The notes beneath the pieces are model-generated. The model saw nothing but the letters and a program-made list of their open reading frames with translations, did not search any database and had not been told where the DNA came from. DNA of 37,260 nt from NCBI RefSeq assembly GCF_006345805.1, contig NW_021835931.1, positions 1 through 37,260 of the forward strand, given 5' to 3'. Positions 1 to 10,450 of this stretch are shown here, one piece after another. A program made the translations under genes and the position numbers. Source of the stretch: Octopus sinensis. Taxonomy: Eukaryota. Every line of letters begins with the position of its first letter. The stretch's first letter is position 1.

Positions 1-71
1 CTAAATTGTTATGTTATGGAGGACATAAACACCCCGACACTGGTTGTCAAATGGTGGTGGAGAACATACAA

Positions 72-104
<33 letters not shown>

Positions 105-350
105 ATAGGCATCTTTCAGTTTCCATCTTCCAAATCCACTCACAAAGCTTTGGTTGTTAGTTAGTTAATTTTTTGGCTCAAAAAGCAAAAAGCAAAGCCA
201 TGTAGGGGAACATGGAGTTATGTACAGGGTGGTGTTCATGTAAAGAGTTCAGGCCACTTGTGGTCAAGGGGGCACTTACCCAAGGTTCAATGTGGTGAGA
301 CTGAATCTGGGACCATGTGGTTTGGAAGCAAGCTTCCTACCACACAGCCC
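1..350 (-). mobile_element. tRNA-derived SINE, family A (head GGCGCAGGAGTGGCTGTGTGG), degenerate, interrupted by a CR1 3' fragment
   Basis: Reverse-complement match to intact copies at 6857 and 31875 (ctttcagtttcc..aatccactcacaaagctttgg / cccaagg..accatgtggtt..gcaagcttcctaccacacagcc). Confidence 0.8.
156..270 (-). mobile_element. Short 5'-truncated CR1/L2-type LINE 3' end with (TAAC)n tail
   Basis: Near-identical to about 31534-31650; retains the 3'UTR stem-loop CCATGT..ACATGG and the gttagttagtt tail. Confidence 0.8.
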
Positions 351-371
351 TGCCTTATAAATTTTAAATGC

Positions 372-790
372 CATTTGTGTTTTCTTTTTATACCTATGTC
401 TCACCTAGAACCAAATCCCAGAGTTGGAATCTATGGTTTAAATTGCATTTTATACTTACATATCTGCAGTATCCTACCAATACTGGATACCATCATTGTT
501 GCTTACCTCACAGTTGCATATCTAGACATGCTTGTATATATTTAAATGATAAACTTCTGGAAAGTTTTACAGATTTTTACAGTTCCAGTGATGGATTGGA
601 TCTGTAGTCTTCGAATTAGCTTTCTCCTTTCTGGTTTTGAGAAGCCTAATTTCTCAAGATTGGTATTTAGGCAGTGTGTTACATATCCCAGGACCCTAAT
701 AATTACAGGTGTAAACCTGAACTTGTAATCTGGATAGAGTAACTGCAGATTTTTCAATAGTTCAGCATAGGTATTCTCTTTTTCACTGAT
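372..790 (-). mobile_element. 3' fragment of an RLE-endonuclease non-LTR retrotransposon (R4/Dong/NeSL/HERO-like): ORF C-terminus plus 3'UTR
   Basis: ORF 542-835(-) contains EKENTYAELL..PVIIRVLGYV..LEKLG..LQIQSITGTVKICKTF, matching the recalled RLE C-terminal pattern K..Y..L / P(I/V)IIGALG / LQ..++.GT..I. The ORF N-terminus is only (TACA)n translation. Confidence 0.7.
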
Positions 791-809
791 ATGTATGTAT
801 GTATGTATG

Positions 810-1044
810 TATGTATATATTTCTTTACTACCCACAAGGGGCTAAACATAGAGGGAACAAACAAGGACAGACAAAGGGATTAAGTCGATTACATAGACCC
901 CAGTGCGAAACTGGTACTTTATTTATCGACCCAGAAAGGATGAAAGACAAAGTCGACCTCGGCGGAATTTGAACTCAGAACGTAACGGCAGACGAAATAC
1001 GGCTACGCATTTCGCCCGGCATGCTAATGTTTCTGCCAGCTCGC
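810..1044 (-). mobile_element. tRNA-derived SINE, family B (head GGCGAGCTGGCAGAA, B-box GTTCAAATTCC), near full length
   Basis: Reverse complement of the copy at 14975-15200; central TTGCCTTTCATCC..GGGTCGATAAA domain. Confidence 0.85.
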
Positions 1045-1417
1045 ATATATGTATGTGTGTGTGTGCACGTGCAAGTGTGCATCTATGTGTGCATGCATGT
1101 GTGTATGTATGCATGTATGTATGTATGTATGTAGATTTATTGGTTTAAAACCCCAGTTAACGAGGTCAAATGATAAGGAACAAAACAAAAGCTAAAGAAT
1201 AGTTGAAAGAGGATTGAAATCATGACTGTCTGGTCTGCATTGATCAAAATATTCTCATTAACTTGAATTAGATATTCTCATTAATTTGGATTCTGTACTC
1301 ATTAACTTAGAACTTTGCATGAAGATAGCAAGGCTGACTAACACTGCACAATATATTTGATAACAACTTTTCTTGAAGACATGAATTTAAAAGACTAGCT
1401 GACAGTTATTATGGTTC

Positions 1418-1427
1418 CTCCTCGTCC

Positions 1428-1458
<31 letters not shown>

Positions 1459-1615
1459 TCTTCTTCTTCTTCTTCTTCTTCTTCTACTACTACTATTACT
1501 ACTACTACTATTACTACTACTTCTTCTTCTTCTTCTACTACTACTAGTACTACTACTACTGCTACTGCTGCTGCTACTACTACTACTACTACTGCTACTT
1601 CTTCTTCTTCTTCTT

Positions 1616-1655
<40 letters not shown>

Positions 1656-1738
1656 CACTACTACCACTACTACTACTACTACTATTACTACTACTACTAC
1701 TACTACTATTACTACTACTACTATTACTACTTCTTCTT

Positions 1739-1769
<31 letters not shown>

Positions 1770-1780
1770 CACAACCACCA
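1418..1780. repeat. Compound trinucleotide microsatellite (CTA)n/(CTT)n/(CTG)n/(CCA)n
   Basis: Seen directly; source of the poly-T/S and poly-V/E ORFs. Confidence 0.95.
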
Positions 1781-1812
1781 GTTTATTAATCCAGCAGCTC
1801 TATGAGTAAAAG

Positions 1813-1872
1813 CATGCAGGTCGTGATCCACCCTAGCATGGAAAGTGGACATTAAACGATGATGATGATGAT
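1813..1872 (+). mobile_element. 3' tail of family C retroposon ending in (GAT)n
   Basis: ctagcatggaaagtggacattaaacgatgatgatgatg is the reverse complement of the family C ends at 4718, 9797 and 14414. Confidence 0.7.
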
Positions 1873-1874
1873 GT

Positions 1875-2085
1875 GAGCTGGCAGAATCATGAGCACAGCA
1901 GCCAAAATGGCATTATGTCTGCCTTTACATTCTGAGTTCAAATTCCACTCTGGGTCAACTTTACCTTTCATCCTTCAGGAGTTGATAAAATAAGTACCAG
2001 TTGGTCACTGGGGTTGATGTAATTGATTTACCCTCTCCTTCCAACCTTGCCCACCTTGAACCAAAATGTGAAACCATTATTATTC
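1875..2085 (+). mobile_element. SINE family B, diverged
   Basis: gagctggcagaatc..ttctgagttcaaattcc..cctttcatcc..gataaaataagtaccag. Confidence 0.75.
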
Positions 2086-2098
2086 ATGCCACCTAAGA

Positions 2099-2315
2099 TG
2101 GCAAGCTGGCAGAATCGTTAGCAAGTAGCGCAAAATGCTTAGCAACATTTCATCTCTCTTTATGTTCTGAGTTCAAATTCTGCTGTGGTTGACTGCTTTT
2201 CATCCTTTTGGGGTCGATAAATTAAGTACCTGTGAAACTCTGGGGGGTCGATGTAATCGACTTGACCCCCTCCCCCAAAATTTCAGGCCTTGTGCCTTTA
2301 GTAGAAAGGATCATT
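2099..2315 (+). mobile_element. SINE family B
   Basis: ggcaagctggcagaatcgttagc..ttctgagttcaaattc..tttcatccttttggggtcgataaattaagtacc. Confidence 0.8.
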
Positions 2316-2416
2316 ACTTATGTGACCTTCAGAGGAGTTCTCCATCGGTATCTTCAGCCATCGCAGTTTCCTCGTAGGATCTACAACAGTTGTTAAGATT
2401 TTACAGTATTGTTTAA

Positions 2417-2637
2417 TCCTTTAGCATTTAAACCGGCCATATCCGGCCAAAAGTATTCAGCCTGTTTTATGTTCAAACTGGCCAGATCTGGTCTCTCACA
2501 CCAACCCTACAATGTCGTTTTAAAAATTAACAGCTACCTCATCAAAATCTCATAGCTACAAGATAATGTACGATTAGTTCAAAACAATGTGGATGAAGAA
2601 GCATTAATTTTGGCAGAATAATGCAAACACTAAAGGG
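2417..2637 (+). mobile_element. piggyBac-type MITE, 221 bp, TTAA target duplication
   Basis: TTAA(2413-2416) TCCTTTAG...CTAAAGGG TTAA(2638-2641); same length and sequence as copies at 11217 and 12370. Confidence 0.85.
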
Positions 2638-3349
2638 TTAAGGACTTGTCACGGCCTTGCTCAAGCTGTCTAAAGCATATGCCCTTACCCATGCATTACT
2701 CCAAAACCTTGAGGTGACATACAATGTGTATGCTGTACCCAATGATATTTGTAAGGAGTGACTTCCTCTTGCCATTTACAGCTGTGCTTTGTCTGACCCT
2801 GCTATAAACAAGTCAGGGGTAATGTGCAGTCTGCGAGACTTTCTGAAAGGCATGTCTAATGAAAAATTACCTCAAACTATTTAGCAGTGCAGCCTGTCAG
2901 TAGATCAGATAAGTCCCAAGCAGCCTATGTCATGAAGACAGTTGCCCATTTCTGCTATGAACCATGGCTGGGACAGCAACTGATTCATGTCATGGCATAT
3001 TCACAGATCTGTGAGTCTGGATATCTTCTTTCTTCAGCTCGCTATGGCTCCAAAATCTCCTATTCTTTGACCTGGAATTGCGAAGCTTCTCAGTTATCAG
3101 GAATGGCCATATAAAAATTTTTGGTGATGGAGAAAGACCGTATGTCAGCAGAGGGAGATTTACACACTCTGCTCTTCTTTTTACTCCTAGAAAGAGGTTT
3201 ATTAGGTGACAGGAGCTGAAAGCAGAGGGTACGAAGCGAAAACAGCATGTGATGACTGCAAAAACAACCATCCCAATACTACAACACAGATGCTTCATAC
3301 GCTCTCTGTGTACAAAACGCACATACACACACATACACATATATATATA

Positions 3350-3956
3350 TACATCCACAGTTGCCTCACATGCACATGCATACACACACATGCACATCCA
3401 CAAATCCACAGCCGTTTCACATGCACATGCATACACACACACACTTGCACATACACGCATACACGGTCTCACAAATACATGCATACACACACACACATGC
3501 ACATTCACACATACACAGTCGTCTCACGTGCACACACATACATAGACAGTCGTCTTACATACACATGCATACACACACGTGCACATACACACATCCACAG
3601 TCATCTCACATGCACATTCACGCATACACAGTCGTCTCACATGCACACGCATGCCCATACACATGCACACACATATACACATACACATACACACATCCAC
3701 AGTAGTCTCATATGCACATGCATACCCACACACAGACAGTCATTTCACATGCACACGCATACACACACAAATAGACAGTCGTCTCACATACACATACATA
3801 CACACACATGTACACATCCACACATCCACACTCATCTTATATGCACACGCATACACAGTTGTCTCACATGCACATGCATATCCATACACATGCACACACA
3901 CAAATAGACAGTCGTTTCACATGCACACGCATACACACACATATCCACAATCACCT

Positions 3957-3960
<4 letters not shown>
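3350..3960. repeat. CA-rich minisatellite, ~35-45 bp unit (cacatccacagtcgtctcacatgcacacgcatacacaca), roughly 15 copies
   Basis: Recurrent acagtcgtctcacat(g/a)cac core embedded in CA repeats. Confidence 0.85.
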
Positions 3961-4007
<47 letters not shown>

Positions 4008-4599
4008 CATATGTCAAATAACGGAATAAAAATTATGACTTCACAACAAACATTTAAATGTAAATATTACAGGACATTATAAAAACAGAAATCGGAAAGA
4101 AAGCCGACAGAAAGGGTGGACCTTGTTTCTTTTCCCATCTCATATTGGAGGGGCAGGGGCTTATAATTGCCTCAGATGATGATGATGATGATGATGAAGA
4201 AGAAGTATGTGTCTGTCTTCTCCTCCTCTTATCTGCCATGTCTCCTACTTTCTGACATTATCTGCGACTTCTGTAGAAATCCTTAGTGATATTTATTAGA
4301 TATTATATGTTAGATTCATGTCCTTGCTTTGAAATTTAGGGGTTTGGGTTTTTTTTTGGGGGGGGGGGTTATCTGCTACCAGACATATGGTTGACTTCAT
4401 TAACTGGACATATGGTCCTCCTTTTATTTCAATATGCATAAACATTTGTATACAGAACATATGTACATGCCTACTCACACAAATACACACAAACGCACAC
4501 AGACATACACACACGCACACACACACACACACACATACACATTATTCCGTATATATTTCTCTGAGTGTACTGTGTGAATACATGTGTGTTTGTTGTGTT

Positions 4600-4606
4600 T
4601 ATATAT

Positions 4607-4653
<47 letters not shown>

Positions 4654-4913
4654 GTGTGTGTGGTGGTGTGTGTGTGTGTATATATATATATGTATATATA
4701 TTATTATATAATATATATCATCATCATCATCATCGTGTCGTTAACGTCCGTTCTCCATGCTAGCATGGGTTGGACGGTTCGACCGGGGTTCTGGGAAGCC
4801 AGAAGGCTGCACCAGGCTCCAGTCTAATTTGGCAATGTTTCTACAGCTGGATGCCCTTCCTAACGCCAACCACTCATATATATATATATATATATGTGTG
4901 TGTTGTGTATATA

Positions 4914-4947
<34 letters not shown>

Positions 4948-4963
4948 TGGTGTGGTGTGTGTG

Positions 4964-4997
<34 letters not shown>

Positions 4998-5053
4998 TGT
5001 GTGTGTGTGGTGTGGTGTGTGTATATATATATATATGTATATATTATATATAT

Positions 5054-5085
<32 letters not shown>

Positions 5086-5117
5086 ATTGTGTGTGTGTGT
5101 GGTGTGTATTATATATA

Positions 5118-5171
<54 letters not shown>

Positions 5172-5190
5172 GCATGTGTAGTAGGTATTC
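4600..5190. repeat. Compound (TA)n/(TG)n microsatellite with an embedded family C fragment
   Basis: Seen directly. Confidence 0.9.
4718..4875 (-). mobile_element. Family C retroposon 3' portion with (GAT)n tail
   Basis: catcatc..ttaacgtccgttctccatgctagcatgggttggacggttcgacc..gcccttcctaacgccaaccactc, shared with 9797 and 14414. Confidence 0.8.
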
Positions 5191-5458
5191 ATTTATGCCT
5201 ATGTATATGCATGTGTGTGTTTAATATACATAGATATGTATTAGAAATCATGCACAATCACCCACAGAAAGAACTCTCAAAAGAACACATACACTCTAAC
5301 ACACACACACACACACACACACTCACACACTCACATATTTGATATATGTTTGTGTGAGTGTACTGTGTCAATGAGCGAGCGTCGTGTATGCTTATATATA
5401 TGTGCTTATATGCTTATATATATATATGTGCAAGTGTAGTGTGTGTTTATATATGCAT

Positions 5459-5503
<45 letters not shown>

Positions 5504-5529
5504 GGTGTATGTGATTAATAATATCTTTT

Positions 5530-6690
5530 TTTTATTTTCTTTCAGTTTTAGCCATTAGACTGGAGCCATGCTGGAGCATCACCTTGCGGAATTTAAGTTG
5601 AATTAACCCCAGTACTTTTCTTCTTTTTAAGCCTAGTTCTTATTTTATCAGTATCTTTGCCAAACTGCTAAGTTATGAGAACATGATCACACTAACATAT
5701 ATATATATATATACATGATCTGATCAATAAGGATCCAGACTGTTGCCATAGTAACAAAGCTAAAGCATGCAAAGTGAAGCCGCTTGGCACAGATTAACCT
5801 TGAACTCACTTCCTCTGTTTACAGCAGTGCTTGGAAGGAAGATGTGTAGCATGTGTTCATTGCATTGACCATGACAGAGAAAGTTGAGCAAGGAATCTGC
5901 ATCAAAGTTTTCCAAAAGCTTGGCGATACCTGTTCAGAGGCCTACAAAAAGTTTCCAAAAAGTTTTCATTGTTCTCGACACAATCAAGGAGATTTTGTGC
6001 AACTGAAGCCTAAGTGTCTTCTTGGTCAGCCGAAAGCAGTTTTGGCACAAACTTGGCAGACAAGTGTCTCATACCCGAATCTTTAGTGATAATAGACTGA
6101 ACTGAACCGTAACTAATCTTCACATCCTCTGAAAACTCACCAATGGTGATTCAATGATTTCTCCTCACAACTGCACACACACCTGCGATGTTTTTCTATT
6201 CTGTTGGTTGCAGGTGTCCCAGAACGTTCATCACTATCGATATTTGTGTACGGCTCATACACTTTCTGTGACTTTGCATTGGCCTCTGAGCAGGTATCAC
6301 CATGACGACTTTGTCTGTCTTAGTCAATATGACGATCACATGCTACACACCTTCCTTCCAAGCATTGCTGTAAACAGCAAAAGTGAGCTAGCATGTTAAA
6401 ACTCAGTGCACATGCACAGCAGAGTTCAAGGTCAATCTGTGCCAAGTGGCTTCACTCTGCGTGCTTTAGCTTCGTTACTATGGCAACTGTCAGGATACTT
6501 ACTGATCAGACCTCATATATATGTATATACGACGGGCTTCTTTCAGTTTCCCTCTACCAAATCCATTCACATGGCTTTGGTCGGCCTGACACTATAGAAG
6601 AAGACACTTGTCCAAAGTGCCATGCAGTGGGACTGAACCCAGAACCATGTGGTTGGGAAGCAAGCTTCTTACCACACACCCGTGCACCGA
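5530..6690 (-). mobile_element. SINE family A split by a mariner insertion in its internal (TA)n tract
   Basis: 3' half at about 5530-5712 and 5' half at about 6516-6690, both minus strand and collinear. Confidence 0.75.
5714..6515. mobile_element. Non-autonomous fold-back mariner (both arms derived from the 5' end), TA target duplication
   Basis: TA-catgatctgatcaataaggatcc...ggatacttactgatcagacctca-TA with roughly 200-bp inverted arms. MTEKVEQGICIKVFQKLGD on +; DERSGTP..ITIGEFSEDVKISYGSVQSII..MRHLSAKFVPKLL on - (mariner N-terminal HTH region). Confidence 0.85.
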
Positions 6691-6856
6691 CTGTGTGAAT
6701 GAGTGTGAACTGTGCCTCTTTATATATGTGCATATGTGTAGTGTGTGTTTATATATGCATGCGCGTGTGTGTGTATGTGTGTGTGTGTGTGTGGGTATGG
6801 GTGTATGTGTATGTGTGTATGTGTGTATGTGAATAATATATCTAAATACGTATATA

Positions 6857-7021
6857 GGCGCAGGAGTGGCTGTGTGGTAAGTAGCTTGCTAACCAACCAC
6901 ATGGTTCCGGGTTCAGTCCCACTGCGTGGCATCTTGGGCAAGTGTCTTCAGCTATAGCCCTGGGCCGACCAATGCCTTGTGAGTGGATTTGGTAGACGGA
7001 AACTGAAAGAAGCCTGTCGTA

Positions 7022-7069
<48 letters not shown>

Positions 7070-7288
7070 GTGTGTGTTTGTGTGTCTGTGTTTGTCCCCC
7101 TAGCATTGCTTGACAACCAATGCTGGTGTGTTTACGTCCCCGTCACTTAGCGGTTCGGCAAAAGAGAGCGATAGAATAAGTACTGGGCTTACAAAGAATA
7201 AGTCGATTTGCTCGACTAAAGGCGGTGCTCCAGCATGGCCGCAGTCAAAATGACTGAAACAAGTAAAAGAGTAAAAGAGTAAAGAGTA
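6857..7288 (+). mobile_element. SINE family A, full length
   Basis: A-box TGGCTGTGTGG, B-box GGTTCAGTCC, CORE-like cttgggcaagtg, internal (TA)/(TG) tract, (GTAAAAGA)n tail. Confidence 0.9.
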
Positions 7289-7491
7289 TAAAAGGATCAT
7301 GTATGGTCACCAACAGTAAGAACTCTCTAAAGAACACAAACTCTCTCTCTCACTCTCTCTCACACACACCCACACACACATACATATACAGATGAGTAAG
7401 TGCATATGCACTTTAGCTTCTCCTTTACTTAGACCTGCTTATTCAAAATCTACCAGTTTCTTTGGCTGTGACAGACACTTTACTTTAAGCT

Positions 7492-7604
7492 CTATGAACT
7501 GATGTCCAGTCTGCTACTCTATGAACTAATCTCCAGTCTGCTGTTCTATGAACTAATGTCCAATCTGCTGCTCTATGGACTAATGTCCAGCCTCTTGCTC
7601 TATG
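7492..7604. repeat. 27-bp minisatellite, 4 copies (ctatgaactaatgtccagtctgctgct)
   Basis: CTATG recurs at 7492, 7519, 7546, 7573 and 7600. Confidence 0.9.
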
Positions 7605-7884
7605 CTTCTTTCTTTCTTTCTTTCTTTCTTTCTTTTTTTTTTTTTGACATACAGCTATTGCTTGATATGTGATAGGAAGTTTTATCCACTTTCCTATAGT
7701 GCTTAATTTTTTATATTTGCTGTGTAACCTTTGCTTATCCATGTTTGTGTTTCTCTCACTGAAATCTTTAGGATTTATCCTCAAGCACAGCCCACACATA
7801 CATTCACATGTACATACACACACACATGCATGCATTTGTATAAATATATATGGTGATATTTATAAATATATGCACATATATTTC

Positions 7885-8420
<536 letters not shown>

Positions 8421-8767
8421 GGGGAAGGTGTGCATGTGCGTGAGAGCACGTGTGCACTGACATAATTTGAATGGAACATGCTACAAGATAATTACCGTCA
8501 AGGTATTCAGTATGTGAAATCATTCTTAATGTTTATAACATAGCCCTGAAAGGTATTTAAATTCTCTGAAATTCTCTGAAATGATATTGAAGGCAGAAGC
8601 TCTGAATATCTTTGGTAAGTCAAGGATGGCAATTCCAAAACCACTTTCTCCAACTGGCCGTGATATCTTGGAGTTAGAAATAATAACAGTAAAAACTCAT
8701 ACATAGGCAATCTAATTGCAGATAGTATAAATGTATATGTGTATATAAATATGTAAATATATACTAC

Positions 8768-8930
8768 GCAGAAGCATGGCTGTGTGGTAGAAAGATTTCT
8801 GGTTCTGGGTTCAGTTCCACTATGAGGTACCTTGGGAAATTGTTTTCTATTATAGCCCTGGGCAGACCAAAACCTTGTGAGTCGATTTGGCAGACAGAAA
8901 CTGAAAGAAGCCCATTATAATATATGCGTG
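8768..8930 (+). mobile_element. SINE family A 5' half, diverged
   Basis: gcatggctgtgtggtag..gggttcagttcc..ccttgggaaa..gaaactgaaagaagccc. Confidence 0.75.
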
Positions 8931-9167
8931 TGTGTGTGTGTGTGTATGTGTAAGCTGTCTCAAAGTCCATAAGTCAGGGAAAAATAAACCCCATAATGGC
9001 TACCTCTGAAGAGTGCAAGGTCACATAGTTGGGCTGTTGCCTAACACTCCATTGAAACTTAGTGTGAAACTGATTGGTAAGATCAGCTGTAATGGGTATA
9101 TAATACTGTGCACTTCGATTACTATATGTGTTTGTGTGTATGTGTGTGTGTGTGAGAGAGAGAGAAG

Positions 9168-9462
9168 TGTATGGCCTAGGGGTTAGGGTGGTTGCACTCA
9201 CAATTGTGCAATCATGGTTTCAATTCCTAGACTGGGTGGTGCATTATGTTCTTGAGCAAAACACTTCACCTCACATTGCTCTACGATCACCTTGATACCT
9301 CACACATGGTACACTGTGCACCTGTTCAGACAACATCGATTTGATGGAGGGAGTGAGATTAAGGTACAGCACATACATTTGACCACTATAAACAAATCAT
9401 TTCTGCAGGTCTTTCAGCAACAGCTGAGCACACATACATTGTCTCCAACATGATAGTCCATC

Positions 9463-9465
<3 letters not shown>
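9168..9465 (+). mobile_element. Probable tRNA-derived SINE (minor family), diverged
   Basis: A-box-like tggcctaggggttagg, B-box-like ggtttcaattcc, CORE-like ttcttgagcaaaacact. Confidence 0.5.
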
Positions 9466-9516
<51 letters not shown>

Positions 9517-9796
9517 TAAATATATATATAGAATATTACACGGACCTATATAAAATTAGCTGAGATTCTCGACATTAAATCTGCTGTAATATTTACAGCT
9601 TTTAATAAAATGTTGTAGTATGAAACAATTGTACTAAATTACCGGATTCATTCTTGTTGCTTATTTTTTTAGTATAATCACCCCGCATATTTTTATAGGT
9701 AACATCATAAAAAATTCTGGTGCATCTAAATTAAGTGTCATATTCATTGTATCTAAATTGTTGCTGAACTTATATATATATATATATATATATATA

Positions 9797-10180
9797 TCAT
9801 CATCATCATCATCATCATCATTTAACGTCCGCTTTCCATGCTAGCATGGGTTGGACGGTTCAACTGGAGTCTGGGGAGCCCGAAGGCTGCACCAGGCCAG
9901 TCAGATCTGGCAGTGTTTCTACAGCTGATGCCCTTCCTAACGCCAACCACTCCGAGAGTGTAGTGGGTGATTTTATGTGCCACCGACACAGGTGCCAGAC
10001 GAGGCTGGCGAACGGCCACGCTCGGATGGTGTTTTTTATGTGCCACTGACACAGGTGCCAGACGAGGCTGGCAGACGGCCACGCTCGGATGGTGTTTTTA
10101 TGTGCCACCGACACAAGTGCCAGATGAGGCTGGCAAACGGCCACGATCGGATGGTGTTTGTTACGTGCCCACAGCACGGA
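9797..10180 (-). mobile_element. Family C retroposon with three internal ~63-bp tandem modules
   Basis: (CAT)n-ttaacgtccgctttccatgctagc..; module ttttatgtgccaccgacacaggtgccagacgaggctggcgaacggccacgctcggatggtgtt recurs (GCCAC at 9979, 10042, 10104). Confidence 0.85.
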
Positions 10181-10341
10181 GATATATATATATATATATA
10201 CACATATATATATATACATACATACATGTATATGCACATTTTGAAGATGTGTAGATGACTTCACAACTAAGCTGGATCTCCTACTGTCAGGAGTCCCAGA
10301 TGAGCTAACTTCATGGCATTCACTCCATTATATTTATATAT

Positions 10342-10448
10342 GTACTAGCTACGGTGGTACATATTCTAAAATTGGAACGATACAGAGAAGATTACTATGG
10401 CCCCTGCGCAAGGATGACATGCAAATTCGTGAAGCATTGCATATTTTT
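10342..10448 (+). pseudogene. U6: Full-length U6 snRNA copy, probably a retro-pseudogene
   Basis: 107 nt GTACTAGCTACGGTGGTACATATTCTAAAATTGGAACGATACAGAGAAGATTACTATGGCCCCTGCGCAAGGATGACATGCAAATTCGTGAAGCATTGCATATTTTT. ACAGAGA box intact, catalytic AGC triad changed to ACT, no TATA box at about -30. Confidence 0.92.
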
Positions 10449-10450
10449 CT

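Noticed and set aside
6857-6930. tRNA genes at SINE heads (also 27425, 33905)
   Set aside because: A- and B-boxes are present but there is no complete cloverleaf, and they continue into SINE bodies.
9967-10165. CRISPR-like array
   Set aside because: Eukaryotic context; units are tandem without unique spacers and lie inside a retroposon.
10342-10448. Functional U6 gene
   Set aside because: AGC triad mutated to ACT, CpG-type decay, and the only TATA-like run (10331-10340) is too close to +1.
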